DNA of 64,000 nt from Escherichia coli (lineage in GTDB: Bacteria; Pseudomonadota; Gammaproteobacteria; Enterobacterales; Enterobacteriaceae), in assembly GCF_016026235.1 (NCBI RefSeq), contig NZ_CP065613.1, one strand, 5' to 3'. A model generated the notes under the pieces. The model searched no databases. It saw only the letters and a program-made list of their open reading frames with translations, and was not told the DNA's origin. Both the position numbers and the translations under genes were made by a program. Every line of letters starts with the position of its first letter. Positions within the stretch are counted from its first letter, which is position 1. Below are positions 24,645 through 35,160 of the stretch, piece after piece.

Positions 24645-25118
24645 ATGCAAGGCATACATTTTCAGGAAAATTATATTCAACGACTTCCGGCAGGGTTAAG
24701 CGTTGAACAGATCATCCGTCAGTTAGCGCAACCGTTGGTTGCCGCCGAGCTGGTCGTCCCTGATTTTGCCGATCACGTACTGAAACGTGAGGAGACGTAC
24801 CCAACGGGGCTGCCTACCGAACCACCGTGCGTCGCTATTCCGCACACGGACCATAAACATGTCAGGCACAATGCAATTGCCGTCGGCATCCTGCCGGAAC
24901 CGGTAGAGTTTGCCGATATGGGCGGCGATCCTGACCCCGTACCTGTCAGGGTGATTTTTTTGCTCGCCTTAAGCGAAAGTAATAAACAATTAAATGCCCT
25001 GGGCTGGATTATGGAAATGATTCAGGATACGCCCTTTATGCAAGCCCTGCTTGCGATGGAAACAACAGAAATACACACAGTAATCTTAAACAAAATGAAA
25101 GAACGAGGTGAAATATGA
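24645..25118 (+). CDS. PTS EIIA component (EIIA-2, mannitol/fructose/Ntr-type fold)
   Basis: 157 aa; active-site motif VAIPHTD (phosphorylatable His). Confidence 0.8.
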   Translation: MQGIHFQENYIQRLPAGLSVEQIIRQLAQPLVAAELVVPDFADHVLKREETYPTGLPTEPPCVAIPHTDHKHVRHNAIAVGILPEPVEFADMGGDPDPVPVRVIFLLALSESNKQLNALGWIMEMIQDTPFMQALLAMETTEIHTVILNKMKERGEI

Positions 25119-25396
25119 GTCAAACCATTTTATTTGTCTGCGCCACGGGTATTGCCACATCCACGGCGGTAACAGAAAAAGTCATGGAATATTGTAAAGA
25201 GCACGGTCTTAACGTCAATTATTCCCAAACCAACGTTGCCTCTTTACCTGGAAATACTGATGGCGTAGCACTGGTAGTCTCAACGACTAAAGTGCCTTAT
25301 GAACTCGACGTCCCGGTAGTTAACGGCTTGCCGATTATTACCGGTATTGGCGAAGAGAAAGTACTGGCGCAAATTGTTTCGATCCTTAAAAATTAA
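25115..25396 (+). CDS. PTS EIIB component, galactitol (GatB)-type
   Basis: 93 aa MSQTILFVCATGIATSTAVTEK...; N-terminal Cys-containing phosphotransfer motif as in GatB/SgcB. Confidence 0.8.
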   Translation: MSQTILFVCATGIATSTAVTEKVMEYCKEHGLNVNYSQTNVASLPGNTDGVALVVSTTKVPYELDVPVVNGLPIITGIGEEKVLAQIVSILKN

Positions 25397-25472
25397 TTAA
25401 TAATAATTAATTTCAACCCACTCCATCAGGCGCTAACGCGAGGTGCGCTCTCGCCTGAAAAAGAGGTTTATT

Positions 25473-26831
25473 ATGAACGATATCGCGCATACCCTCTATA
25501 ATATTGTGCAATATATATTGGGATTTGGCCCGACGGTAATGTTGCCGTTGGTGTTATTTATTCTTGCTCTCTGTTTTAAAGTAAAACCCGCTAAAGCCTT
25601 ACGTTCGTCATTAACAGTCGGCATTGGTTTTGTCGGTATTTATGCCATTTTCGATATTCTGACCAGCAATGTCGGGCCAGCGGCCCAGGCGATGGTTGAA
25701 CGCACCGGAATTAATTTACCGGTGGTAGATTTAGGCTGGCCGCCGCTTTCCGCTATTACATGGGGTTCGCCAATTGCCCCGTTTGTTATTCCCCTGACCA
25801 TTCTGATTAACGTGGCGATGCTGGCGTTAAATAAAACCCGTACCGTTGACGTAGATATGTGGAACTACTGGCATTTTGCCCTTGCTGGTACGTTGGTTTA
25901 TTACAGCACCGGCAGCCTGTTCTTTGGTTTGCTGGCGGCGGCGATTGCTGCGGTGGTAGTACTTAAACTCGCCGACTGGTCTGCGCCACTGGTACAAAAA
26001 TACTTTGGACTGGAAGGGATCTCATTGCCGACGCTCTCTTCGGTGGTGTTCTTCCCGGTCGGTCTGCTGGTCGACAAAATCATCGACCATATCCCCGGCC
26101 TCAATCGTATTCATATCGACCCGGAAACCGTACAGAAAAAGTTTGGCATCTTCGGCGAACCGATGATGGTTGGCACTATTCTGGGCATACTGCTCGGCGT
26201 GATTGCAGGATACGATTTCAAAAAAGTGTTGCTGCTTGGCATCAGCATTGGCGGTGTGATGTTCATCCTGCCACGCATGGTTCGCATCCTGATGGAAGGT
26301 TTATTACCGCTGTCTGAAGCCATTAAAAAGTATCTCAATGCCAAATACCCTGACCGTGACGATCTCTATATCGGACTGGATATCGCCGTTGCCGTAGGTA
26401 ATCCGGCGATTATCTCCACCGCCCTGCTGCTAACGCCAATCTCGGTCTTTATCGCGTTTGTCCTCCCAGGTAATGAAGTCCTGCCGCTTGGCGACCTTGC
26501 CAACCTGGCGGTAATGGCGTCGATGATTGCTTTAGCCAGCCGTGGCAATATTTTCCGCACCGTTCTGGCGGCGATCCCGGTGATTATTGCCGACCTGTGG
26601 ATTGCGACTAAAATCGCACCGTTTATTACCGGCATGGCGAAAGACGTTAACTTCAAATTTGCCGAAGGCTCCAGCGGCCAGGTTTCCAGTTTCCTTGATG
26701 GCGGTAACCCGTTCCGCTTCTGGCTGCTGGAAATCTTCAACGGCAATATCATCGCCATTGGTCTGGTGCCGGTTATCGCCCTGGTACTGTATGGCATTTT
26801 CCGAATGACGCGGAGCACGGTTTATGCCTGA
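25473..26831 (+). CDS. PTS EIIC permease, galactitol (GatC) family
   Basis: ORF 25443..26831; start placed at ATG 25473 after AAAGAGG RBS; motifs LGFGPTVMLP, GIGFVGI, GPAAQAM, DLGWP, IPGLNRI, KFGIFGEP, LPLGDLA, GNIFRT align to GatC as I recall it. Confidence 0.85.
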   Translation: MNDIAHTLYNIVQYILGFGPTVMLPLVLFILALCFKVKPAKALRSSLTVGIGFVGIYAIFDILTSNVGPAAQAMVERTGINLPVVDLGWPPLSAITWGSPIAPFVIPLTILINVAMLALNKTRTVDVDMWNYWHFALAGTLVYYSTGSLFFGLLAAAIAAVVVLKLADWSAPLVQKYFGLEGISLPTLSSVVFFPVGLLVDKIIDHIPGLNRIHIDPETVQKKFGIFGEPMMVGTILGILLGVIAGYDFKKVLLLGISIGGVMFILPRMVRILMEGLLPLSEAIKKYLNAKYPDRDDLYIGLDIAVAVGNPAIISTALLLTPISVFIAFVLPGNEVLPLGDLANLAVMASMIALASRGNIFRTVLAAIPVIIADLWIATKIAPFITGMAKDVNFKFAEGSSGQVSSFLDGGNPFRFWLLEIFNGNIIAIGLVPVIALVLYGIFRMTRSTVYA

Positions 26832-28332
26832 TAACAGCGCAGCTATCGTTATCGATATTGGCACCACCAATTGCAAAGTCACCTGCTTTTCCTGCCTGGA
26901 CGCAACGACGTTGGGCGCGCATAAATTCGTGACGGCAAAGCAGATCTCCCCACAGGGCGATGTCGATTTCGATATCGACGCCCTCTGGCAGGAGGTCCGC
27001 CAGGCGATAGCGCAACTGAACGCCGCTTCGCCGCTGCCAGTCAGACGGATCAGCATTGCCAGTTTTGGCGAATCAGGCGTGTTCCTTGACGAGCATGGCG
27101 AGATCCTGACGCCAATGCTGGCATGGTATGACCGTCGCGGTGAAGAGTATCTGGCAACGCTTAGCGAGGCAGACAGTGCGGCACTTTATGACATCTGCGG
27201 TCTACCACTACACAGCAATTACTCTGCCTTCAAAATGCGCTGGTTGCTGGAACATTACCCGCTGCGTAATCGCCGCGGCCTGCGCTGGCTACATGCGCCG
27301 GAAGTGCTGCTCTGGCGGCTGACTGGCGAACAGCGCACGGATATCACCTTAGCCAGCCGCACGCTGTGTCTGGACGTGCGCAAAGGCGAATGGTCAGCGA
27401 AAGCGGCGGCGTTGTTACACGTTCCCTGTACGGCATTTGCGCCATTGGTGCAGCCAGGCGAGCACGCCGGATGGGTCAGCGAGTCACTTTGCAAGACGCT
27501 TGGGTTCTCGCAACCGGTCAGCGTGACGCTGGCCGGACATGACCATATGGTGGGTGCGCGAGCGTTGCAGATGATGCCAGGCGATATCCTTAACTCGACG
27601 GGGACCACGGAAGGCATTCTGCAACTGGATACACAACCGACGCTGGATGAACAGGCCAAACGTGACAAGCTGGCAAACGGCTGTTACTCACTTGCCAACC
27701 AGTTCACCCTGTTTGCGTCGCTGCCCGTGGGCGGTTTCGCGCTGGAGTGGCTGCGCAACACGTTCCGGCTAACCGATGAGGAGATCGCCGCATCACTTAC
27801 TCGCGGACATGCTGATTATCTGGCGGGGAATTGGTTGCTCGATGACATTCCCGTCTTTATTCCACATCTTCGCGGTTCGGGTTCGCCCTATAAAAATCGC
27901 CATACCCGTGGATTATTTTATGGGCTTGGCGATACGTTAAGTATCGACATGTTAATTGCCAGCGTATCACTGGGATTAACCATGGAATTTGCCAACTGCT
28001 TCGCCTGTTTTAACGTGCCTGGCACCAGCGCGTTAAAAGTGATCGGTCCGGCAACCCATAATCCTCTTTGGCTGCAATTAAAGGCGGATATTTTACAGCG
28101 TCCGGTTGAAGCAATTGCATTTAACGAGGCGGTTTCTGTCGGAGCATTATTAACCGCCGCACCGGATATTCCACCGCCGCCAGTCGCTATAGCCCAACGT
28201 TTGTTACCGAATCGGGCGAGATACCATCAATTACAGCGTTATCAGCACAAATGGAAAAGCTGGTATCAGTTGAAATTACAACAAGAAGGCGTGATGCCAT
28301 TACATCATCGGGAGGAACACTATGTTGAATAA
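26824..28332 (+). CDS. FGGY-family carbohydrate kinase (substrate unknown)
   Basis: 502 aa; N-terminal AIVIDIGTTNCK, FGGY signature-1-like YSAFKMRWLLEH, C-terminal GTSALKVIGP; 8-nt overlap with EIIC gene. Confidence 0.75.
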   Translation: MPDNSAAIVIDIGTTNCKVTCFSCLDATTLGAHKFVTAKQISPQGDVDFDIDALWQEVRQAIAQLNAASPLPVRRISIASFGESGVFLDEHGEILTPMLAWYDRRGEEYLATLSEADSAALYDICGLPLHSNYSAFKMRWLLEHYPLRNRRGLRWLHAPEVLLWRLTGEQRTDITLASRTLCLDVRKGEWSAKAAALLHVPCTAFAPLVQPGEHAGWVSESLCKTLGFSQPVSVTLAGHDHMVGARALQMMPGDILNSTGTTEGILQLDTQPTLDEQAKRDKLANGCYSLANQFTLFASLPVGGFALEWLRNTFRLTDEEIAASLTRGHADYLAGNWLLDDIPVFIPHLRGSGSPYKNRHTRGLFYGLGDTLSIDMLIASVSLGLTMEFANCFACFNVPGTSALKVIGPATHNPLWLQLKADILQRPVEAIAFNEAVSVGALLTAAPDIPPPPVAIAQRLLPNRARYHQLQRYQHKWKSWYQLKLQQEGVMPLHHREEHYVE

Positions 28333-28591
28333 AACCGTGGAGGTCAGAAACAGTACTGGCCTGCATGCACGTCCGGCGGCCTGTCTGGCGAAAGCCGCCA
28401 AAAAATATAGCTGTAAAGTGACGCTGCACTATGAGGGTAATGATATTAATGCCACCAGCATGATGAATATTATGCGCGCCGGAATAAAAGGCGGAAAAAC
28501 GGTGGAAATACGCTGCGACGGTGATGATGAAAACGAGGCCATACAGACTCTCACCGACTTATTTCGCGACCGCTTCGGTGAAGCTGAATAA
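28322..28591 (+). CDS. HPr-family phosphocarrier protein (operon-specific paralog)
   Basis: 89 aa MLNKTVEVRNSTGLHARPAACLAKAAKKY...; His-15 motif GLHARPA. Confidence 0.8.
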   Translation: MLNKTVEVRNSTGLHARPAACLAKAAKKYSCKVTLHYEGNDINATSMMNIMRAGIKGGKTVEIRCDGDDENEAIQTLTDLFRDRFGEAE

Positions 28592-28622
28592 TTAACTGAT
28601 ATTAAAAGATGAGGTTTTCAAT

Positions 28623-29483
28623 ATGCCATTAGTTAATGGACGGATACTGCTCGACCGCATTCAGGAAAAACGGGTATTAGCGGGCGCATTTAATACCACC
28701 AATCTGGAGACGACAATTTCAATTTTAAACGCTATTGAGCGTTCGGGATTACCCAACTTCATTCAGATTGCGCCAACCAATGCACAACTCTCGGGATACG
28801 ATTACATTTATGAAATCGTGAAACGTCACGCCGATAAAATGGATGTTCCGGTCAGTCTTCATCTGGATCACGGGAAAACTCAGGAGGATGTGAAACAGGC
28901 GGTGCGCGCGGGCTTTACCTCGGTCATGATTGACGGTGCCGCATTCTCTTTTGAAGAGAATATCGCTTTCACCCAGGAAGCTGTCGATTTCTGTAAATCC
29001 TATGGTGTACCGGTTGAAGCGGAGCTGGGGGCGATTCTCGGCAAAGAAGATGATCACGTCAGCGAAGCCGATTGCAAAACGGAACCGGAAAAGGTGAAGA
29101 CCTTTGTCGAGCGTACCGGTTGCGACATGCTGGCAGTTTCTATTGGCAACGTTCATGGCCTGGACGATATACCGCGTATCGATATCCCCCTGCTGAAGCG
29201 CATTGCCGAAGTCTGTCCGGTGCCGTTGGTTATTCACGGCGGCTCCGGTATCGCCCCGGAGATATTACGCAGCTTTGTTAATTATCGCGTCGCTAAAGTA
29301 AATATCGCCAGCGATCTGCGCAAAGCGTTTATCACCGCCGTCGGCAAAGCGTATGTGAATAATCACAACGAGGCGAATCTGGCACGAGTCATGGCATCAG
29401 CAAAAAACGCCGTCGAGGAAGATGTGTATAGCAAAATCCTGATGATGAATGAGGGGCATCGGTTGGTTAGAAAGGCATCTTAA
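28623..29483 (+). CDS. Class II ketose-bisphosphate aldolase (GatY/KbaY/FbaA family)
   Basis: 286 aa; metal-binding motifs LHLDHG and IHGGSG. Confidence 0.85.
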   Translation: MPLVNGRILLDRIQEKRVLAGAFNTTNLETTISILNAIERSGLPNFIQIAPTNAQLSGYDYIYEIVKRHADKMDVPVSLHLDHGKTQEDVKQAVRAGFTSVMIDGAAFSFEENIAFTQEAVDFCKSYGVPVEAELGAILGKEDDHVSEADCKTEPEKVKTFVERTGCDMLAVSIGNVHGLDDIPRIDIPLLKRIAEVCPVPLVIHGGSGIAPEILRSFVNYRVAKVNIASDLRKAFITAVGKAYVNNHNEANLARVMASAKNAVEEDVYSKILMMNEGHRLVRKAS

Positions 29484-29495
29484 GAGCCACAAAAA

Positions 29496-29530
29496 TATAG
29501 CGGCGCAACAGAAATTGTTGGGCCGCTATA
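29496..29530. terminator. Hairpin terminator between convergent aldolase and hicB-like genes
   Basis: TATAGCGGC-gCAACAgaaatTGTTGg-GCCGCTATA, 9-bp outer stem with nested inner palindrome. Confidence 0.6.
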
Positions 29531-29532
29531 AG

Positions 29533-29892
29533 TTATAAATGATTCAAACGCTCATTCAGTGTTTCAATAATATAGGTATTAACAGAGACTTGTTGCTGCG
29601 CAGCCGCATTATTAAGGCGTTCACTCAGCGATTCTGGATAGCGTAACGTAAAGGTCTTAATCTTTTCTGTACGCGCATACGGCTCAATACCCGCAGCTTT
29701 ACAATCCTCAAGATACTCTAGCAGGGAAAGTTCCCCTTCTTTTTGCAGCCCCTGAATGCTGTCAGAGACAAAATCACAATAACCTGACAAGCCCAGGAAT
29801 TTGCCACGAAATGCATTCAGTTCTGGCACGTAAGTGATAACAGCAGGTTGCCCGGCAATCTCCATTGAGTTTGGCGTCTTCAGTTTGATCAT
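29533..29892 (-). CDS. HicB-like antitoxin (C-terminal ribbon-helix-helix-like DNA-binding tail)
   Basis: 119 aa MIKLKTPNSMEIAGQPAVITYVPELNAFRGKFLGLSGYCDF...RYPESLSERLNNAAAQQQVSVNTYIIETLNERL; 4-bp overlap with upstream small ORF. Confidence 0.6.
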   Translation of the reverse strand: MIKLKTPNSMEIAGQPAVITYVPELNAFRGKFLGLSGYCDFVSDSIQGLQKEGELSLLEYLEDCKAAGIEPYARTEKIKTFTLRYPESLSERLNNAAAQQQVSVNTYIIETLNERLNHL

Positions 29893-30164
29893 GGTTTTAC
29901 CCCTATACTTAGTAACCAGTCACGCACGCTTTCTACAGCGCCTTTATCGGTATCTGGCGACGGATGAGGCCGATGGAAACACGCAACGCTCATATTTAGT
30001 ATGAACTTACAACGCGAACCTCTTCCTTCCTTAATTTCTCCGCCTAATGCTTTAACCTGTGACTCTATATCAGACCACTTGATCCCTTGAGGAACAGGAG
30101 TTTTAAATATTTGATCCAATGTATTTTTTTGTTTCTTCCGTAAAGCCTGTACCTTGGTTCTCAT
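29889..30164 (-). CDS. HicA-like mRNA-interferase toxin
   Basis: 91 aa; ...WSDIESQVKALGGE...GSRCKF...HRPHP...AVESVRDWLLSIGV resembles HicA (W-x-ES...GS...PRHP...) pattern; upstream of and overlapping the HicB-like gene. Confidence 0.55.
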   Translation of the reverse strand: MRTKVQALRKKQKNTLDQIFKTPVPQGIKWSDIESQVKALGGEIKEGRGSRCKFILNMSVACFHRPHPSPDTDKGAVESVRDWLLSIGVKP

Positions 30165-30176
30165 GGCATGTCCTTA

Positions 30177-30224
30177 TGACTTCACTTTATGACATCAATA
30201 GTATGACATCACAGTATGAAGTCA
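30177..30224 (-). promoter_or_regulatory. Candidate promoter/operator of the hicAB-like pair: 8-bp inverted repeat flanking two TATGACATCA direct repeats
   Basis: TGACTTCActtTATGACATCAatagTATGACATCAcagtaTGAAGTCA, immediately upstream of the toxin start codon. Confidence 0.4.
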
Positions 30225-30236
30225 AGTTTCCCTTCC

Positions 30237-31364
30237 TTACGCCATTGTCCCAATCGTCTTCCTGAATCGCAGCAGTGCGATGGTGAAAAACGCGCCGCCA
30301 ATTGCCATCAGCGTCAGGAACTGCGGCCAGACGATTTCGAATCCGGCACCCCGGTAGAGAATGGCCTGCGCGAGGCTAACAAAGTGTGTCGTCGGCATGG
30401 TCAGCATAATGTCCTGCACCATCTGCGGCATACTTTCGCGCGGCGTGGATCCACCGGAAAGCATTTGCAGCGGCAGCAGCACCAGAATCACCAGCAGCCC
30501 CAGTTGCGGCATTGAACGCGCTATCGTCCCCATAAAAATGCCGATTGACGTGGTGGCAAACAGACTGAGCGCCACGCCCAGCATAAACAGCGGGATCGAG
30601 CCTTCAATCGGTACGCCCAGCACGCCTTTCACCATCAGCACCAGCGATAATCCCGATACCACCAGCACCACTAGCCCCATCGACCAGACCTTCGCCATCA
30701 TGATCTCAAACGGCGTTATCGGCATCACCAGTAAGTGTTCCACCGTGCCGTGTTCACGCTCGCGGATCAGCGCCGATCCGGTCAATACAATCGCCAGCAT
30801 GGTAATGTTGTTGATGATTGCCATCACCCCGCCAAACCACGCGGGGTCGAGGTTCGGGTTAAAGCGCATCCGGGTTTCCAGCGATACCAACGGTTCGCTG
30901 TTATCACGGTAGCGCGCGACAAAGCTGTTCACTTCACCGTTGATAATATTCTGGATATACCCGTTGCCGGTAAATGCCTGGCTCATGCGCGTGGCATCGA
31001 CGTTCACCTGAATATCCGGCTGGCGTCCGGCGAGGACATCACGCTGAAAATTAGGCGGAATATTTATCGCAAAGGTATAGCGTCCGGCGTCCAGTCCGGC
31101 ATCCATCTCATCGGCGGTGATCATCTCCGGTGGCAAAAACCACGGGCGATAGAAGCTGTTAACGATCCGGTTCGATAACTGCGATTGATCCATATCGGCA
31201 ATGGCGATCGGCGCGAGGTTCAACGATCCTGGCGTGACGGTCGCTGACGAATACACCGACACCGTAAACGAGAAGACAATCAGCGTTAGCATCGCTTTAT
31301 CACCGAGCAGACTGCGCAACTCTTTGATACCCAGATTAAAAATATTGCGTAAATGGCGCATCAT
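30237..31364 (-). CDS. yhhJ: ABC-2 type transporter permease YhhJ
   Basis: ORF 30237..31445; start placed at tandem ATG ATG (31364/31361) directly after GGAGGG and overlapping rbbA stop; [26 protein letters not shown]... Confidence 0.88.
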   Translation of the reverse strand: MMRHLRNIFNLGIKELRSLLGDKAMLTLIVFSFTVSVYSSATVTPGSLNLAPIAIADMDQSQLSNRIVNSFYRPWFLPPEMITADEMDAGLDAGRYTFAINIPPNFQRDVLAGRQPDIQVNVDATRMSQAFTGNGYIQNIINGEVNSFVARYRDNSEPLVSLETRMRFNPNLDPAWFGGVMAIINNITMLAIVLTGSALIREREHGTVEHLLVMPITPFEIMMAKVWSMGLVVLVVSGLSLVLMVKGVLGVPIEGSIPLFMLGVALSLFATTSIGIFMGTIARSMPQLGLLVILVLLPLQMLSGGSTPRESMPQMVQDIMLTMPTTHFVSLAQAILYRGAGFEIVWPQFLTLMAIGGAFFTIALLRFRKTIGTMA

Positions 31365-34096
31365 CCCTCCTGTTTTTTCAGCAGCAGGATGCTTAAGCCC
31401 ATCACCAGCGGTATGGCTATCAGCAACGGGATAAAAAGTTGCCATAAATCAGTCAGATCCAACGCTTTCGAGAACGTTCCGCGGGCGATAGTCAGAAAAT
31501 GACTGGTCGGGTAAACCTCGCCGATCCAACGTCCCGGCCCTTCCAGCGAAGCTACCGGATCGATCATCCCGGAAAACTGTGTCGCCGGGATCAACGTGAT
31601 AATCGCCGTACCGAAAATGGCGGCAATCTGGCTTTTCATAAAGGTGGAGATCAGCAGCCCCATTACGGTGGCGATGATGATATACAGCAGCGCCGCCAGG
31701 GTGAGCGTCAGGAAACTGCCTTTATGCGGCACGCCAAACACAAACACCGACAGGCCACAGAGCAGGAAAAAGTTCAGCATCCCCAGCGCGATGTACGGCA
31801 GCTGTTTGCCAAGCAAAAATTCGCTACGCGTGGTGGGAGTCACGTAAAGGTTGATAATCGACCCAAGCTCTTTTTCCCGCACCACGCTAAGGGCGCTTAG
31901 CATTGACGGGATCATCATCAGCAGAAGCGGGATCACCGCCGGAACAATCGCTGGCAGGCTTTTTACGTCCGGGTTATAACGATAGCGTGTCTCAATATTC
32001 ATCAGCCCGCTTTGGCTGGCGGGCGTGGATTGTCGGCTCGCCACATCCTGAAGCCAGCTCTGGTGCATGGCCTGCACGTAACCTTTTACCGTTTCGGCAC
32101 GACTCGGCATTGCACCGTCGATCCAGACGCCGAGTTCCACGGGCGTACCACGCGCGATATCGCGCCCGAAATTGGGTGGGATCTCAATTGCCACCGTGAT
32201 ATCGCCCGCACGCATCCGACGATCAAGCTCGTCATAACTGGTGAGCGGCGGCTGTTCGATAAAGTAACGGGAACCAGAGAGATTGAGCGTCCACGCCTGG
32301 CTACTGACGGTCTGGTCGCGGTCGAGCACCGCAAAGCGCAGGTTTTCCACATCCATACTGATGCCGTAGCCCATTATCAGCATCAGGATCACCGTTCCCA
32401 TCAGCGCCAGCGTCGAACGCACCGGATCGCGGCGCAGTTCCAGTGCTTCGCGGCGGCTGTAGCTAAACAGACGGCGCAGGCTAAATCCCTGACGCGGCGC
32501 ATGGGTGGTGTCATGTACCACGGGCGGCGCTTCGGCTTCGTTGCTCTGCCCTGCCGCCTCCTGTAAATAGGCGATAAATGCCTCTTCCAGACTGGCGGCT
32601 CCGCGTTTCTCAACCAGTTCCTGCGGTGTACCGCTGGCGAGCACTTTTCCGGCGTGCATCAGTGAGATACGGTCACAACGTTCCGCTTCGTTCATAAAGT
32701 GGGTGGAGATGAAGATAGTCACTTTGTCCTGACGCGAGAGATCGACCATCAACTGCCAGAACATATCCCTCGCCACCGGATCGACGCCAGAAGTAGGTTC
32801 ATCGAGGATTAACATCTCCGGGCGATGAATCACCGCCACCGCCAGCGAAAGCCGCTGGCGAATGCCGAGCGGCAATGACTCCGGCAGAACATCTTCAACG
32901 TCGTTGAGTTTAAAACGCTCGCTCATTTCAGCCACTCGCGCGGGAATTTCCGCTTCCGGGATGTGAAACAAACGGGCATGTAACTCAAGGTTTTGCCGCA
33001 CGGTGAGTTCGTTATAGAGCGAAAACGCCTGCGACATATAGCCCACCCGACGGCGGGTATCGATATCTTTTGGATCAACCGGTTGCCCGAACAGCCACGC
33101 CTCACCTTCGCTGGCGGGCAGCAGTCCGGTGAGCATTTTCATGGTGGTGGATTTACCGCAGCCGTTCGAACCAAGAAAACCAAAAATCTCCCCGCGTGGA
33201 ATGCGGAAATTAACGTGATCAACGGCAACGAAGGAACCAAAACGCATGGTCAGATCGCGCGCTTCGATGGCAATCTCTGCGTTTTCAGGTTGATACGGTG
33301 GGATCACTACCGCCTGATGCGCCTGGCGTTGCGCTTGCGGTAACAGATTTATAAATGCTTCTTCCAGCGTGGCGCTTTGCGTTTGCTGCCGCATCTCTTC
33401 GGCGCTGCCAGTTGCCAACACTTCTCCGGCATTCATCGCCACCAACCAGTCGAAGCGTTCCGCCTCTTCCATATAGGCCGTGGCGACCAGAACGCTCATA
33501 TTGCTCTGCCGCTGGCGAATACTGTCGATCAGATCCCAGAACTGGGCGCGGGAGAGCGGGTCAACCCCCGTCGTAGGCTCATCAAGAATCAACAGTTCCG
33601 GGTCGTGGATTAACGCACAGCACAGCCCCAGTTTTTGCTTCATCCCGCCGGAGAGTTTCCCTGCCGGACGATCGCGAAACGGTGCTAACCCGGTGCTGGT
33701 CAGCAGCTCATTAATTCGCACTTCCCGCTCCGCTTTGTCGTGACCGAACAGGCGAGCGAAAAAATCGACATTTTCATACACCGATAAGGTGTGGTAGAGA
33801 TTTTTGCCCAGCCCCTGCGGCATCCAGGCGATGCGCGGGCAGACGTCGCGGCGATGCTTCGGGTCGCGCATATCGCCGCCCAGCACCATCACGTTGCCCT
33901 GCTCAATGACACGAGCACCGGAAATCAATGACAATAAACTCGACTTACCGACGCCGTCCGGGCCAATCAGCCCGACCATGCAGCGGGCCGGAATCTCGAG
34001 AGTGATATTGTTCAGCGCAACGGTTTTTCCATAATGCTGGCTCACGCCCGCCAGTTGCGCGACAGGCGGGACGGGAACCAGTTCCAGATGCGTCAT
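31361..34096 (-). CDS. rbbA: Ribosome-associated ATPase RbbA (tandem ABC ATPase domains fused to ABC-2 permease)
   Basis: 911 aa; two Walker A sites ([18 protein letters not shown]) and two LSGG signatures, C-terminal TM region. Confidence 0.93.
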   Translation of the reverse strand: MTHLELVPVPPVAQLAGVSQHYGKTVALNNITLEIPARCMVGLIGPDGVGKSSLLSLISGARVIEQGNVMVLGGDMRDPKHRRDVCPRIAWMPQGLGKNLYHTLSVYENVDFFARLFGHDKAEREVRINELLTSTGLAPFRDRPAGKLSGGMKQKLGLCCALIHDPELLILDEPTTGVDPLSRAQFWDLIDSIRQRQSNMSVLVATAYMEEAERFDWLVAMNAGEVLATGSAEEMRQQTQSATLEEAFINLLPQAQRQAHQAVVIPPYQPENAEIAIEARDLTMRFGSFVAVDHVNFRIPRGEIFGFLGSNGCGKSTTMKMLTGLLPASEGEAWLFGQPVDPKDIDTRRRVGYMSQAFSLYNELTVRQNLELHARLFHIPEAEIPARVAEMSERFKLNDVEDVLPESLPLGIRQRLSLAVAVIHRPEMLILDEPTSGVDPVARDMFWQLMVDLSRQDKVTIFISTHFMNEAERCDRISLMHAGKVLASGTPQELVEKRGAASLEEAFIAYLQEAAGQSNEAEAPPVVHDTTHAPRQGFSLRRLFSYSRREALELRRDPVRSTLALMGTVILMLIMGYGISMDVENLRFAVLDRDQTVSSQAWTLNLSGSRYFIEQPPLTSYDELDRRMRAGDITVAIEIPPNFGRDIARGTPVELGVWIDGAMPSRAETVKGYVQAMHQSWLQDVASRQSTPASQSGLMNIETRYRYNPDVKSLPAIVPAVIPLLLMMIPSMLSALSVVREKELGSIINLYVTPTTRSEFLLGKQLPYIALGMLNFFLLCGLSVFVFGVPHKGSFLTLTLAALLYIIIATVMGLLISTFMKSQIAAIFGTAIITLIPATQFSGMIDPVASLEGPGRWIGEVYPTSHFLTIARGTFSKALDLTDLWQLFIPLLIAIPLVMGLSILLLKKQEG

Positions 34097-35160
34097 TGCG
34101 GCAACCTCACCACCAGGTCTTCAGGCCACGGAAGTTCTTCATTCACCCGCACCCACGCTACGCCCGGCAAGCCCGTTTTGACATATTCCAGATGCTGCTG
34201 GAGTAATTCCGGTGGGATACGCGCTTTGACGCGGAACATCAGTTTCAGCCGTTCATCGCTGGTTTCGACAGTTTTTGGCGTGAACTGGGCGACGCTGGCG
34301 ACAAAACTGATGGTCGCAGGAATACGCAGATCTGGCGCGGCATCGAGGATCAGCCGGGCTTCACCGCCAAGTTTCAGCGTGCCCGCCTGTTCGGTTGGCA
34401 GGAAGAAAGTCATATAGACGTCGCTGAGATCGACCATATTCAGCACCCGACCGCCTGCCGCCAGCACTTCCCCTGGCTCGGCAACCCGATACTGCACGCG
34501 TCCGTCACGCGGGGCTTTCAGTTCGCTGTCATCGATATCTGCGGCAATGCGCCGTTCAGTGGCTTGTGCCGCTTCGACGCGGGTTTGCGCCTGAATGATA
34601 TTGGTGCGTGCCGCCTCTATAGCGGCTTTAGAAGCAGAAACCTGAGCTTTTGCCGATTCCAGCGCCGCTCGGGCGCTCTCAGCGGCGGCGCGATCGTCAT
34701 CCAGCTGTTGCGCAGAAATAGCCCCTCGTTGGGCGAGCGAGCGGGAACGCGTATGACGTTTGGCAACGGAGTCCAGTTCGGCCTGGCGTTGATTGACCAG
34801 CGACTGTGCGGCACGAGTTTCACTTTGTCGTTGCTCCAGCAAAGCCTGCGCGGCGGCAACGGCGCTTTGTGCCTCTTTGATTTGCGCGATGGCTTCCAGT
34901 CGCTGTTCCTGCAACACGCGAGTATCCATCTTCGCCAGCACTTCGCCTTCGCGAACAAACTGGCCTTCTTTCACCAGAATGGTGTCGATACGCCCGGCAA
35001 TTTTGCTGGCGATATCCACTTCCGTCGCTTCAATGCGCCCATTGCTGACAGCAAAGCCTTCCGGCACGCCCGCCGGGCGCAACAGCCACCACGCCACGAC
35101 GGCAGCCACCGCCAGTGCCCCGACAACCCACCACGCCAGATGGCGCTTACTCTTATCCAT
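34093..35160 (-). CDS. yhiI: HlyD-family membrane fusion protein YhiI
   Basis: 355 aa; N-terminal TM segment, long coiled-coil (AQ-rich), C-terminal beta-barrel region. Confidence 0.9.
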   Translation of the reverse strand: MDKSKRHLAWWVVGALAVAAVVAWWLLRPAGVPEGFAVSNGRIEATEVDIASKIAGRIDTILVKEGQFVREGEVLAKMDTRVLQEQRLEAIAQIKEAQSAVAAAQALLEQRQSETRAAQSLVNQRQAELDSVAKRHTRSRSLAQRGAISAQQLDDDRAAAESARAALESAKAQVSASKAAIEAARTNIIQAQTRVEAAQATERRIAADIDDSELKAPRDGRVQYRVAEPGEVLAAGGRVLNMVDLSDVYMTFFLPTEQAGTLKLGGEARLILDAAPDLRIPATISFVASVAQFTPKTVETSDERLKLMFRVKARIPPELLQQHLEYVKTGLPGVAWVRVNEELPWPEDLVVRLPQ

